Shown here: positions 55,086-64,000 of the stretch, in pieces
How the letters are laid out: each line of letters begins with the position of its first letter
Numbering within the stretch: position 1 is the stretch's first letter
Assembly: GCA_964627035.1 (NCBI GenBank)
Contig: CAZVKN010000002.1
Location: forward strand, 11,206 to 75,205
DNA length: 64,000 nt
From: an uncultured bacterium
GTDB taxonomy: Bacteria > Electryoneota > AABM5-125-24 > Hatepunaeales > Hatepunaeaceae
Direction of reading: 5' to 3'
The notes under the pieces: model-generated
The model's database searches: none
Told to the model about the DNA's origin: nothing
Seen by the model: only the letters and a program-made list of their open reading frames with translations
Made by a program: the position numbers and the translations under genes

Positions 55086-55769
55086 TTCCCTCTCCTCAGG
55101 AATCCCGCGATAGACAATCCCTCCAAAACGGAAGCGAGGCATATTGTCCTTTTGGTGAATCATCGCTTCAGACAGCTCGAATCCGGTGCCGGGTTGAGCA
55201 CCTCTGTACACAAACGATCCTTCCGTCACCCGGAGCACATCATCGTAATGGAAGTAGCACAGTTGTCCGTCATACTCTCGTCCCGGTATATGTTCACAAC
55301 GACGAATGTCATTGTCACAGATAACACAGGTCGGTTTGCGGAAAGTGAATCCCAATGAAGCTTCGCTGTAGATGCCTCCATCAATTGAAACCCGCAGGTC
55401 TTCCGCATTGGAATGATTCTTCATCCAGTAGAATTTCGGCACTATGTATGTGATGTCGCTGTCAGTGTCATGCTCAAGCTCACCACCGAAGAACCGAGCA
55501 ATTCCAAGCGTGTCCTTTCGATGACCGATCAAAGCCGGAGCACCCTGAACCAGTTCAAGCAGCTTGCTCATGTCTTCGGAGCGGAATCGTCCGAAACCCG
55601 CATCCACAGCATCTCCTGCGAGCCTGCACCGACGAACATAGACGTCCTTTGCCGTGACTTTCATCAGCGGTGGATTTGGCAGGCTGTTGATAGCCTCAAT
55701 ATCCGATTTCAGCACCTGAGTCTGTGCAGGCAGCAACACGCCTGAAAGTTCTCTGTATATCCAGTCCAT
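55071..55769 (-). CDS. Hypothetical phage-region protein (Cys-rich C-terminus)
   Basis: 232 aa. CVICDNDIRRCEH...CYFHYDD. No confident family. Confidence 0.35.
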   Translation of the reverse strand: MDWIYRELSGVLLPAQTQVLKSDIEAINSLPNPPLMKVTAKDVYVRRCRLAGDAVDAGFGRFRSEDMSKLLELVQGAPALIGHRKDTLGIARFFGGELEHDTDSDITYIVPKFYWMKNHSNAEDLRVSIDGGIYSEASLGFTFRKPTCVICDNDIRRCEHIPGREYDGQLCYFHYDDVLRVTEGSFVYRGAQPGTGFELSEAMIHQKDNMPRFRFGGIVYRGIPEEREFTTD

Positions 55770-55790
55770 CTGTTTGTCTCCTTTTAAATT

Positions 55791-55857
55791 GTCATTCCTG
55801 CGAAGGCAGGAATCCAGTCTTAAATCCGTTTAATCCGTTCAATTCGTTGTGAATCTC
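55791..55857. repeat. GTCATTCCTGCGAAGGCAGGAATCCAG plus post-stop motif (minus sense)
   Basis: Directly abuts the stop of the 55858 gene. Confidence 0.75.
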
Positions 55858-57165
55858 TTACCCCGTCGCTCTCTGATAACCCATCTCCCTCGCTCCCTCA
55901 TCTTTCGAGATGTAGCCGTTCTTTACTTTCATATCTATGTTCTGTAGTTCGATACTGTGCGTCTTCGCCCTATCCAACCGGAACGGGTCGGGATGCGAAT
56001 CGAAACTGTGCTTAACTGATGCTTTGACTCCTCGCAGTTGCAGCTCAAGATTGCTGATCCAATTAACCAAATCAGCTCCCGACTTCTGATGCGATGCCAC
56101 AATCTGCATTAACAGGTCGTATTGCGACCGCATCCAATTACGCGCATTCTTGTGAGATCTGCCGAGCACCCAAGGATACAACCGCAGCCCGGTGATGACA
56201 TCCTCGATGACCTGCTCGCGGTTTAGCCTCCATGCAGCCTGATGTCCGGTCTGACCGACAACCGTCACTTCAACATCACTCCAGGTGAATATGTTGTCGT
56301 CCGGTTCAAGGAACTGAAATTCTTTGACCACATCATTGAAATACTGATTCGCTCGTGAAGCATATCCGTTATCTTCTTCCCAGTCAAATTGAGTCGGACG
56401 GGAAACCTTGACTTGAAGTCTGGGGGTGCCCGAATTGTGACTCGAACGCGCCATATCCTCAAGCATCATCTGTTCAACCTCAGTGACAAACGGGATGCAG
56501 GCAAGAGGTTCAACACCGGACGGATTGGACAGATCCGATCCTATCACACCATAAAAGAACAGGTCAGGATCGAATTTCTCCTTGTTGTCATCTTCATCGG
56601 TGACATAAGGAATCCAACCGCGCTTGCTATGCTCCCATGAAACCGTGAAGGGATCAATGTAGCGGAAATGATCCACAGACTTGCCGTCCGCACTCAGTAC
56701 CGCTTCTCCCGCAAATCGCCCGGTTGTGAACAGCTCGAGGAAATAGCCTTCCGTCAATTTAACCAATCCCGAACCGCGTCCATACGGCATTTCGAGTATC
56801 CGACGGTCAAGATCGTTGAGCAGTTTAACGGCTTGCTGCCGTTCCTCGCTGTTGCCCTCAACCGTTTGCGTCATCTTAGTTGCGCACAGCCTGACCCACG
56901 CCCAGATACCGGATGAAAGAATCGGGATATTATCACGCATCCATCGGTAGAAATCACCTTGATTGCTACCGCTATAGTAGAACGGACGCGAACCGTAGCT
57001 TGTCATGGTTCGTCTTAATGCCCTCGGCTGCCAATTCCTTCGCGGTGTGTATGGGGTTGCCTCAGTCGGTGCGACCGTCGGTCCCGATGCGAGGTTCGTT
57101 CCTCCACGCACTTTGATTAGACGATCAAGTACTGCACCTCGTTTACGTTTTTTCCAAAGCTGCAT
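55858..57165 (-). CDS. Putative phage portal protein
   Basis: 435 aa, immediately downstream of the terminase large subunit. Size and position fit a portal. No unambiguous motif. Confidence 0.4.
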   Translation of the reverse strand: MQLWKKRKRGAVLDRLIKVRGGTNLASGPTVAPTEATPYTPRRNWQPRALRRTMTSYGSRPFYYSGSNQGDFYRWMRDNIPILSSGIWAWVRLCATKMTQTVEGNSEERQQAVKLLNDLDRRILEMPYGRGSGLVKLTEGYFLELFTTGRFAGEAVLSADGKSVDHFRYIDPFTVSWEHSKRGWIPYVTDEDDNKEKFDPDLFFYGVIGSDLSNPSGVEPLACIPFVTEVEQMMLEDMARSSHNSGTPRLQVKVSRPTQFDWEEDNGYASRANQYFNDVVKEFQFLEPDDNIFTWSDVEVTVVGQTGHQAAWRLNREQVIEDVITGLRLYPWVLGRSHKNARNWMRSQYDLLMQIVASHQKSGADLVNWISNLELQLRGVKASVKHSFDSHPDPFRLDRAKTHSIELQNIDMKVKNGYISKDEGAREMGYQRATG

Positions 57166-57204
57166 TTATGTCTCCTTGATTTTTTGTTGGTGTAATTATC
57201 CAAT

Positions 57205-57470
57205 GGGGAGCAGCGACATTCCTGTCGCTGTAGCGGGAACAGGAATGAGTTCTTTGATTTATCATCTATTTTGTCATTCTGGTGAAAGCCAGAATCCAGT
57301 AAATAATTGGAATCACTGGATTCCCGCCTGCGCGGGAATGACGTGAATGGGCAAATTTATGAATATTTCAAAGGTCTCATTCTTGTCCATGTTTTGCCGA
57401 CAGGAATGTCGGCACTCCCCGATACATTTGTTTAATCAGTTCAATCCGTTGTGAATCCGGCACGGGAATC
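57205..57470. repeat. Large composite of modular repeats (GACATTCCTGTC palindromes x2, AATGAGTTCTTTGATTTAT, two ATTCYS-N8-GGAAT motifs, post-stop motif)
   Basis: All modules are shared with the elements at 51429, 53155 and 54941. Confidence 0.8.
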
Positions 57471-57492
57471 ACAAAATCACCTAATCACAAAA

Positions 57493-58812
57493 TCACCTCG
57501 GCAATCCCACCACCTGCGCCTTCGACCAGCCGCCTCGTTTCAGTTCAATCAGATTGATTATCAGATACCTGAGCGCATCAACAGCGTGGTCATGTTCACC
57601 GTCCTTGAGTGGTTTATCCTTGCCGCTGTCCCAACGATAGTGTCGGATATGATGCAGGCTTTTGGGTGCTGTCGGTGAAAATCGCAGATTTACACGTCCT
57701 GCAGCATCTTTCAACTGAGATTTCAACAGATCAATGCCGGTCATGATCTCAGATTTGCGATATCTGATCTTGAATTCGCGCTGTTTCAACCGCTCAACTG
57801 CTGATATACCGCTGTCCGTCATCGCAGCACCAGCAGGATCACATCCACTCCACTCTACGTCATCCTCCCTGATTCCGTGCTTCCTGTCAACATTTCTGAT
57901 AGCTACGATCATCTCATCGACAGTCGCATCGTAACCTTCCCATTCGTCGAATAGTGTCAGCGATCCGTCCGGTGACCGATGCACCCACACCACATATGGA
58001 TGGCGGTAGCCGAAATCTATCCCGCGGTAACTCTTGCCCGAATCACGCCTCCACTTGAATGGAATTGACAGAAGGTGCAATTGCGGATCATACTCATCGA
58101 ACACACGATTTGACAGAACATCAAAATCAATCTCATACTCCTGGCGCCAACGGTTTTCCGATAGTCCACGCTTCGCTTCTATCTCCCATGCTTCATCTCT
58201 TTCAGGATGCTCTTTCCAATGGAGCGTCTGTTTCCCAAAGCCGTTATCGTCGTTGAACAGGCTGTAAAAGATATTGTCCGTTCCGTTTGGTGTGGATACA
58301 CCGATAAAACTTCCACCGGAATCAATCGCAGGCTTCAACGCTGTCCAGATTCCTTCCGAGTACGGTGTGAAAGCCATCTCATCCCAGAAAACACAAGTTG
58401 GGCTGTGCATTCGAGGTGCTGATTCGGTAGCAGGCAGCGCAATAATTCTCGTTTGGGACGGAAAAACCACCTCTTCGCTCTTTACTTTTATATCCGTGTG
58501 ATCCGGTAGATTTTTAATCATTATTTTGAGCCGTTTTATCAATTCTCCACTGTCACGCTTTCCTTTTGACAGCAGCAGATATATACCCGGATCATCGTAC
58601 AGCGCACGGAACAGGATATATGCTGACACCGTCCAGGTTGCCATCATTTGGCGCGACTTGGCGACCATTAAAATACGGTGTTCCGCAAGAACATTTACCA
58701 ACTCCCGTGTAAACTGATAATCGGGAAACGGCTTAACACCCCCAACAGCATCCAAAGTGCAGACGCTTGATCTTACCCACTTCCAAACTGTCTCAGCGTC
58801 AATCATAAGCAT
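57493..58812 (-). CDS. Phage terminase large subunit
   Basis: ATPase: deviant Walker A VAKSRQMMAT and Walker B CVFWDEMAF. Nuclease: GIDFGY...DGEHDHAVDALRYLI C-terminal motif. Confidence 0.7.
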   Translation of the reverse strand: MLMIDAETVWKWVRSSVCTLDAVGGVKPFPDYQFTRELVNVLAEHRILMVAKSRQMMATWTVSAYILFRALYDDPGIYLLLSKGKRDSGELIKRLKIMIKNLPDHTDIKVKSEEVVFPSQTRIIALPATESAPRMHSPTCVFWDEMAFTPYSEGIWTALKPAIDSGGSFIGVSTPNGTDNIFYSLFNDDNGFGKQTLHWKEHPERDEAWEIEAKRGLSENRWRQEYEIDFDVLSNRVFDEYDPQLHLLSIPFKWRRDSGKSYRGIDFGYRHPYVVWVHRSPDGSLTLFDEWEGYDATVDEMIVAIRNVDRKHGIREDDVEWSGCDPAGAAMTDSGISAVERLKQREFKIRYRKSEIMTGIDLLKSQLKDAAGRVNLRFSPTAPKSLHHIRHYRWDSGKDKPLKDGEHDHAVDALRYLIINLIELKRGGWSKAQVVGLPR

Positions 58813-58865
58813 TCACAAAAACTTCGTGTTCTTCGCGCCCTTCGTGGTGATATCTCTCTTATTTC

Positions 58866-59711
58866 TTAGAACCATTCCCAGCTTTGATTCGCTTTTTTAG
58901 CACCGGAGTTCATCGCCGGGATCTTCATAAACGGTCTTAATGTGTGCCATGCGGCGGTCTGATATGTCAGAGCCAACTCGCGCCATGCGCGCGCACGCCC
59001 TTCAGCAGACGTTCCGCCGTCAGAAACTGCCCGTGAAGCCAAAGCCCTGCACAGAACAGAGAGTGTCAGCTCAGTAGCCCCGGTGATCAAGCCTTGATCG
59101 CTCGATGAGTCGTTATAGTCATCCTTCAGACGCGCCAGAATTTTATCCTCTGCCTGAGTAATTGCCTGCGAAATCAAGTCATCCACACCGGACGCTGCTG
59201 AAAGCTGATAGTCAACCAATACTGTGGTGTCCGCTTCCAATGATCCGGCTACTTTGACAGTTAGTTCTCCCGTCGCATAGTCAATGGTGTAATCAATATC
59301 TTTGGTCATCACCTCATATCGCTGATAGTACAGTTGCACTGCAGAGCCGTTTGATATTGCCCCACCATCAATTCGACGAATTTTGCCATCTGTCCAGTTG
59401 ATCGCATAGTCAACACCTTCGAGATAGACAGTTTGTAATCCGTCATCCTCTGCCACTACTGCTTGGTTCGGCACGAGGTTGTCATAGGTTAGCTGCACCC
59501 AGGTCTCATCATTAAGTGTCACACCTGACTGTTCTGTCGGCTCAACCGACATTAGTCTCTTAACCGATTCGCTCGATGTAACTATACCACGATGCGGGAG
59601 CTGCGCATTACCGTCATTGTCAAATTGGATTCGAACATCATTAAACTCGGTCAAAACCTGATCCAGATCTATCAGATGTTTCCTGACGCTTGTTGTATCT
59701 GTCCACGACAT
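58866..59711 (-). CDS. Hypothetical phage-region protein
   Basis: 281 aa. No family recognised. Confidence 0.35.
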   Translation of the reverse strand: MSWTDTTSVRKHLIDLDQVLTEFNDVRIQFDNDGNAQLPHRGIVTSSESVKRLMSVEPTEQSGVTLNDETWVQLTYDNLVPNQAVVAEDDGLQTVYLEGVDYAINWTDGKIRRIDGGAISNGSAVQLYYQRYEVMTKDIDYTIDYATGELTVKVAGSLEADTTVLVDYQLSAASGVDDLISQAITQAEDKILARLKDDYNDSSSDQGLITGATELTLSVLCRALASRAVSDGGTSAEGRARAWRELALTYQTAAWHTLRPFMKIPAMNSGAKKANQSWEWF

Positions 59712-59724
59712 TATCTACTCCTCC

Positions 59725-60090
59725 TTAAATCAGTTGTATATGTACGGTTGCATACAGACTCGAATTTTGAGATAGTCCTGCTGCGACAAGAGTTGAGTTA
59801 ACTCCGTTTATCCGTACATAAACGTCGAAATTACCACCGTTCACTTGTGCATAGAGTGAGATTCTGTCTCCCTGTGCTGCAGCTATATTACCGCTGCCGG
59901 ACAGAATTCCCGATCCGTCCCAGCAATCAATCCGGTATATTCTGGCATTCTGAGGTAACGGGAAACCGTCCCCTCCTTGTCCACCTGCTCCTTTGAGATA
60001 GGTGGATGATGTGGTAACTGCATCCGAGAAGCAAAGCAGCATCTTCTGTCGTTTTGACAGCAGGTAGCTGAGTGTTCGGTTTAGTGACAT
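59725..60090 (-). CDS. Hypothetical phage-region protein
   Basis: 121 aa. Gly-rich. Confidence 0.3.
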   Translation of the reverse strand: MSLNRTLSYLLSKRQKMLLCFSDAVTTSSTYLKGAGGQGGDGFPLPQNARIYRIDCWDGSGILSGSGNIAAAQGDRISLYAQVNGGNFDVYVRINGVNSTLVAAGLSQNSSLYATVHIQLI

Positions 60091-60176
60091 GTTTGATCCT
60101 TACGTATCTGTTGTTGCTAACTAATTTATAATAATTCAATTGCACTTTAAACTTCTTCATTTTATATTCATTGCAT

Positions 60177-60259
60177 GCGGAGGGTAAGAAGCTGGGCTTC
60201 GCGTTGCTTGATACACAACTGGACTGAAAAGTTCGGGGTTCGATTCCCCTGCCCTCCGC
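60177..60259 (+). tRNA. Atypical tRNA-like element (83 nt): 7-8 bp acceptor stem, GGGG-TTCGATT-CCCC T-arm, possible GAU anticodon loop
   Basis: GCGGAGG(G)...CGGGGTTCGATTCCCCTG-CCCTCCGC. Stem 27-31/39-43 with loop TTGATAC. The D-arm and variable region are non-canonical. Confidence 0.4.
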
Positions 60260-60640
60260 TTGTTCCGAAGAAAAGTCAAATAATTCCTTTTTTTACTTGA
60301 CAACGGTATTATTTATTATTACGTTATAATCGTATCAAGCAACACCAAGAGGCACCAGCCTTTTGGAATCGAGCTGTCCGTGAGGTTTCAAATGATCACG
60401 GATTATCGTGCGGGACGGAATTTAACCGTCCCGCACTTTTTTTGCCGTTCAGGATCCCGATGCTTCTCTATGCATTCAATCCCGATCCTTCACAGCATCT
60501 GTTCTTCAGGGGAAGCTCAGAGGCTTATTAAAATTTTTCCTCTATATGTCCCCTGAAGAACAGTTTCCTGCGTCAACCCACCCCGGTCAACACAACTCTT
60601 TAACTGCGGTGTCAACACGCCGCGGTTGACACATTTATGC

Positions 60641-61693
60641 TTAGTAATCCGACAGCAACGCAGCGTCATCCACCATGATGGTGTAAACCGACTCCTTCGA
60701 CACCACCGCCTGCTCCAGCTTCTGATTGATCACCTTGTCAACATCAATCATCAGCGGTTGCGTGACCGATTCACGCACCGCAAACCGACTGTCGAGCCCG
60801 ATGACTTTGGTAGCGGTCGCATTCGGAGCAATCACCAGTCTTGCATTCACCGGCAGGAACGAATGGTAGTTACCAGTCTTGGTAAACAGCTCATTTTCCC
60901 GCCACGCCTGAGCATCCTGGAACTGTGACAGATTAATGATGGTCTCGACATCATTCTTGGTGGCGATGATGTGTGTCATCCGTGCCGGAACGTCAAAAGA
61001 CATTGCCAGATGCACCAGATCACTATACGCAAACGTCCCGGCGTTGCCGTCGAATACATCGCTCGCTCCATCCGACGTGCCGTCACCGTCGAGCAGGATG
61101 TTATACATCTCGTCAATCTCGTCATAAGCCATCTGTGCACCGATCCACCACAGGAACACCCGAAATTCGGTCAGCTTCTGATTGCGGACGATCCGATATG
61201 AGAAGTCAAACTCACGACCTCGGTCAATGATGTTCGCCTCCTTGTCCCGATACAGCAACTCAACACGCGGATATGCCGATCCTGCGCTCTTCTTCGCCAG
61301 TGACTCTTTTGCCTTGGTCGTCTTGACATAGATCGGACGAACGGTCGGACCGCTTTCCAGCGAAACGGATGCTACCAGATCTGTCGGATTCTGCACCATT
61401 TTGTAACCACGCTGGATTTCGCGCAGCACGTACTCCGGCAGCAGTATCAATCCACCACCGACGAAAAACTGCTCCATGCTGATGGACTTTGATCCTTCCG
61501 CGAGAATCCCGTTCAGCATGAGCTGTCTTTCAAACGCATCGAGTCTGCTGTCCGATTCGCTTGGATCAATCTGCTCCAGCAATTCACTGAACGTCAGATT
61601 CTGCTCCTGTGCTTCAGCATACAGTGACAGATTCCCTGCTCGGGAATGCTGCACAATCAGCTCGCCCAGTTTATTTGCTTCACTCATAATCAT
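60641..61693 (-). CDS. Putative phage major capsid-like protein
   Basis: 350 aa, in the size range of HK97-fold capsid proteins. No signal peptide. Followed by a palindromic terminator-like repeat. Confidence 0.35.
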   Translation of the reverse strand: MIMSEANKLGELIVQHSRAGNLSLYAEAQEQNLTFSELLEQIDPSESDSRLDAFERQLMLNGILAEGSKSISMEQFFVGGGLILLPEYVLREIQRGYKMVQNPTDLVASVSLESGPTVRPIYVKTTKAKESLAKKSAGSAYPRVELLYRDKEANIIDRGREFDFSYRIVRNQKLTEFRVFLWWIGAQMAYDEIDEMYNILLDGDGTSDGASDVFDGNAGTFAYSDLVHLAMSFDVPARMTHIIATKNDVETIINLSQFQDAQAWRENELFTKTGNYHSFLPVNARLVIAPNATATKVIGLDSRFAVRESVTQPLMIDVDKVINQKLEQAVVSKESVYTIMVDDAALLSDY

Positions 61694-61743
61694 TCCTTAT
61701 TGTTTAGTTGTTTACTTGTCCTCGCGCAAAGTCACCTTCTTTG

Positions 61744-61795
61744 GGAGGACGGACATTCCTGTCCGTCCCGCAGCGACAGGAATGTCGCTGCTCCT
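61744..61795. repeat. Tandem GACATTCCTGTC-core palindromic hairpins
   Basis: GGAGGACGGACATTCCTGTCCGTCC-CGCAG-CGACAGGAATGTCGCTGCTCC. Confidence 0.8.
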
Positions 61796-61841
61796 CAACT
61801 ATAAATACTTTGCGCCTTAGCGTTCTTTGCGTGAGTTCATC

Positions 61842-62282
61842 TTATCCCAGCCACACGTCACATGTAGTGTCAGTCGTGTTGACCGCAATTACCTGCCCGC
61901 GCATCAGATGGCCACCTGCTGCGATATCAACGTCTGCAGCAGCCTGCCTCACTTTACCTGCACCGTCAACCTCGACCATCTGATTGATGACCGGAGTGGT
62001 TGCGGCATATTTGAACCTCGCTACACCGCGAGCCTGAACCGCACACAGCGACGGAACCGTTGTCCCGTCCTGTAGCTGCTGTGACACCCATACAACCTTG
62101 CCGAACAGCTTGTCACCTGCGGCTCCCATCCCGATTTCGTTATCATCGGAGATAACACATGCCGAAAGGTTATTGTCCAGATCATCCTGGATGAAGTCTC
62201 TGTCTGCAGTTGTGTCAACACTGAATGTCAGGAACGGTGTCCCGCCGATTCCACTGTTGTCAATTTGAAACGGACTACTCAT
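61842..62282 (-). CDS. Hypothetical phage-region protein
   Basis: 146 aa. Ala/Gly-rich. Confidence 0.35.
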   Translation of the reverse strand: MSSPFQIDNSGIGGTPFLTFSVDTTADRDFIQDDLDNNLSACVISDDNEIGMGAAGDKLFGKVVWVSQQLQDGTTVPSLCAVQARGVARFKYAATTPVINQMVEVDGAGKVRQAAADVDIAAGGHLMRGQVIAVNTTDTTCDVWLG

Positions 62283-62306
62283 CTATTCTTCCTCCTTACT
62301 GTTTGG

Positions 62307-62558
62307 TCACCGTCCGCAGCGGAAGGTGTCTGCACCTTCATCCGGAACGGTCAATTTGTCTGCTTCGAGTTTACCGCCCCATGACGGACGATTAAGTGAT
62401 TTTGATACCCCCATTAATCGGCTGTTGTCAATCAGATTATCGCCGACCTTACGAACGGTAACGTCCTTATCAGGTTCTTCCTTTGTGCTGCTCTCCATCA
62501 ATTGATCTACATCAATCTCCAATGGATTGCAGTCGAACATTAGATTATGTTTAACCAT
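62307..62558 (-). CDS. Hypothetical phage-region protein
   Basis: 83 aa. Confidence 0.3.
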   Translation of the reverse strand: MVKHNLMFDCNPLEIDVDQLMESSTKEEPDKDVTVRKVGDNLIDNSRLMGVSKSLNRPSWGGKLEADKLTVPDEGADTFRCGR

Positions 62559-62744
62559 ATTTTCTCCAATTGCACTGTTTGATTGTCAATGTACGGAATT
62601 AATTAATTAAAGTCAAGCATATTGCCGTATAATTGCAAAGATAATGCAAATAATTTGTGATTATCAAACAGCATCCAATTGTAATCATGGTAAAGGCAAT
62701 ATTATTATATATTATCCCCATACTTGGGACAGTTTAGAGTTCAC

Positions 62745-62800
62745 GCTTCAGCGTGTTTGCTTCGGGCACAGCCTGAAACCTGAACTCTGAACACATCGTC
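62745..62800. repeat. About 45-bp direct repeat (copy B) GCGTGTTTGCTTCGGGCACAGCCTGAAACCTGAACTCTGAACACA
   Basis: Matches 46090-46145. Confidence 0.7.
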
Positions 62801-63026
62801 TCAGAAAATGACGGACGAAGACATCAACATGGACTTAATCCTAAAATGACACAACCGGACACGATAAAAGAGGATTGAACAATCTTAGAGGAGGTGGGCT
62901 CAATACGGATTGAAACTTGACAACCAACCCGCTAATGTATAAATAGTATGATTGCCGCACGCTTCAGACTGATCAACCTCATCGAGGCAATGCTATTCAA
63001 ATTGAAAATCTAACCGGGAGTCACCC

Positions 63027-64000
63027 ATGCGACTCAAAACCGCTCTTGTTCTTTTACTGTTATTTGGAACTACTCTGCTCTATGCCAAGCCGAAATCAAT
63101 CATCCGTTGGCCCGCAGAACACATTGACCTGAATCTCACCTTCGATGTCGAAAACAACCGCGTTGAAGGAATTGCCAAAATTACCGTTCCGCTAAAAGGA
63201 GCTAAACATGCGGGATTCATGCTGCACAAAAAGTTCAAAGTCAAATGGGCTAAGTTCGCCGGAGAACGTGTTCAATTGGAGCGCGACAACCTGTACGACG
63301 GTCCCGAAGTTTCGCCTCTGTACGGCGCTTACGGCAAATGGGAAAACCGCAACCTTAACCTGTGGTCAGTCAAGATTCCGAAGTTCGCTCAGAAAGCAGC
63401 AAAGAACGCAGGCGAATTTGTCATAACCGCAAAATTCTCAGGCAAGCTGTACGCACCACCCGATAGCAGACAGTTTTCACGCGAGAAGATCGCCGCTGAA
63501 GTGATGGGGACTATCGGACCTGAGGGCATCTATCTATCACCCTCAGCATTCTGGTATCCACAAGTTCCGGATTCACCATGTCCAACCAAAGTCACCGCAA
63601 CGCTGCCGAAAGGATGGAGCTTTGTCACAACCGGAGTCAGTCACGAGCAGAAAAACAGCGACACCTCAACGGAGATGACTTACACATCTAAGTCTCCGGT
63701 TGAAGGGATATATATCGCGGCAGGACCGTATGTCGTCGGGGGTGAGAAATTCAAAGGAGTTGAATTGGTGACCTGCTTCCTCCCTGAGCAGCAGGATCTA
63801 TCGGAAGGCTATCTCGATGCATGTAAAAATTACGTTTCCATGTACGACAAAATCCTCGGATCGTATCCGTTCGAGGCATTCGTCGTGGTTGACAACTTCC
63901 TTCCATCCGGTTATGGTATGCCCGGCTGGACGTTGCTCGGCAGTGAGGTCATCCGGTTACCGTTCATCAAGAGCATCTCGCTTGGACATGAATACGTACA
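63027..64000 (+). CDS. Secreted putative zinc metallopeptidase, 5' portion (runs off the window end)
   Basis: Signal peptide MRLKTALVLLLLFGTTLLYA. The window ends in ...SLGHEYV(H), a possible HExxH. Confidence 0.4.
   Translation, partial: MRLKTALVLLLLFGTTLLYAKPKSIIRWPAEHIDLNLTFDVENNRVEGIAKITVPLKGAKHAGFMLHKKFKVKWAKFAGERVQLERDNLYDGPEVSPLYGAYGKWENRNLNLWSVKIPKFAQKAAKNAGEFVITAKFSGKLYAPPDSRQFSREKIAAEVMGTIGPEGIYLSPSAFWYPQVPDSPCPTKVTATLPKGWSFVTTGVSHEQKNSDTSTEMTYTSKSPVEGIYIAAGPYVVGGEKFKGVELVTCFLPEQQDLSEGYLDACKNYVSMYDKILGSYPFEAFVVVDNFLPSGYGMPGWTLLGSEVIRLPFIKSISLGHEYV

Larger units (their letters stand above)
52356..62558 (-). mobile_element. Prophage-like module: lysis cassette, terminase large subunit, portal-like, capsid-like and small structural ORFs, one tRNA-like element
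   Basis: All genes are co-oriented. Hallmark phage genes are listed individually below. No integrase was seen in the window. Confidence 0.55.

Noticed and set aside
60177-60259. tRNA-Sec that could decode the in-frame TGA
   Set aside because: Despite a possible 8-bp acceptor stem, no UCA anticodon can be placed in a credible anticodon loop.
52356-62558. Integrase/recombinase marking the prophage ends
   Set aside because: No ORF in or next to the module shows tyrosine (R..HxxR..Y) or serine recombinase motifs. The element boundaries are therefore only inferred from the repeats.
1-64000. CRISPR array
   Set aside because: Many repeats are present, but they are palindromic hairpins at irregular spacing without unique spacers of constant length. 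No cas genes.

Overview
This 64 kb window looks like a metagenomic contig from an uncultured Gram-negative bacterium of the FCB superphylum (Bacteroidetes/Ignavibacteria/Calditrichaeota-like). The basis for that is five ORFs ending in the conserved T9SS Por_Secre_tail sorting domain. Housekeeping genes: hflK-hflC, an SbcC-like ATPase with a membrane hairpin plus an SbcD-like phosphoesterase, a DUF502 protein, an outer-membrane pair, rsmE, a UbiA-family gene, maf and glnA. A large signal-transduction block sits at about 15.5-36.5 kb. It holds an ArsC/LMW-PTP-like-PAS-sigma54 activator, a sigma54 promoter and a NarI-like cytochrome b. It also holds an HdrD/DsrK-like CCG Fe-S protein fused to a receiver domain, a PAS histidine kinase with Cys-rich PAS domains and an orphan receiver paralog. 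Downstream are two more sensor kinases (one hybrid), an orphan oppDF ATPase pair and a 1.4k-aa cyclase x2-STAND-TPR protein. There is a T9SS cargo cluster that includes a gingipain-like C25 peptidase and a beta-helix protein. A roughly 10 kb prophage-like module (endolysin, holin-like, terminase large subunit, portal-like, capsid-like, an atypical tRNA-like element) follows. Intergenic regions are very dense in modular hairpin repeat families, REP/MITE-like. One shows stem covariation. One recurs directly after stop codons of five genes. One T9SS cargo gene carries a single in-frame TGA at a C-x-x-U-like site.
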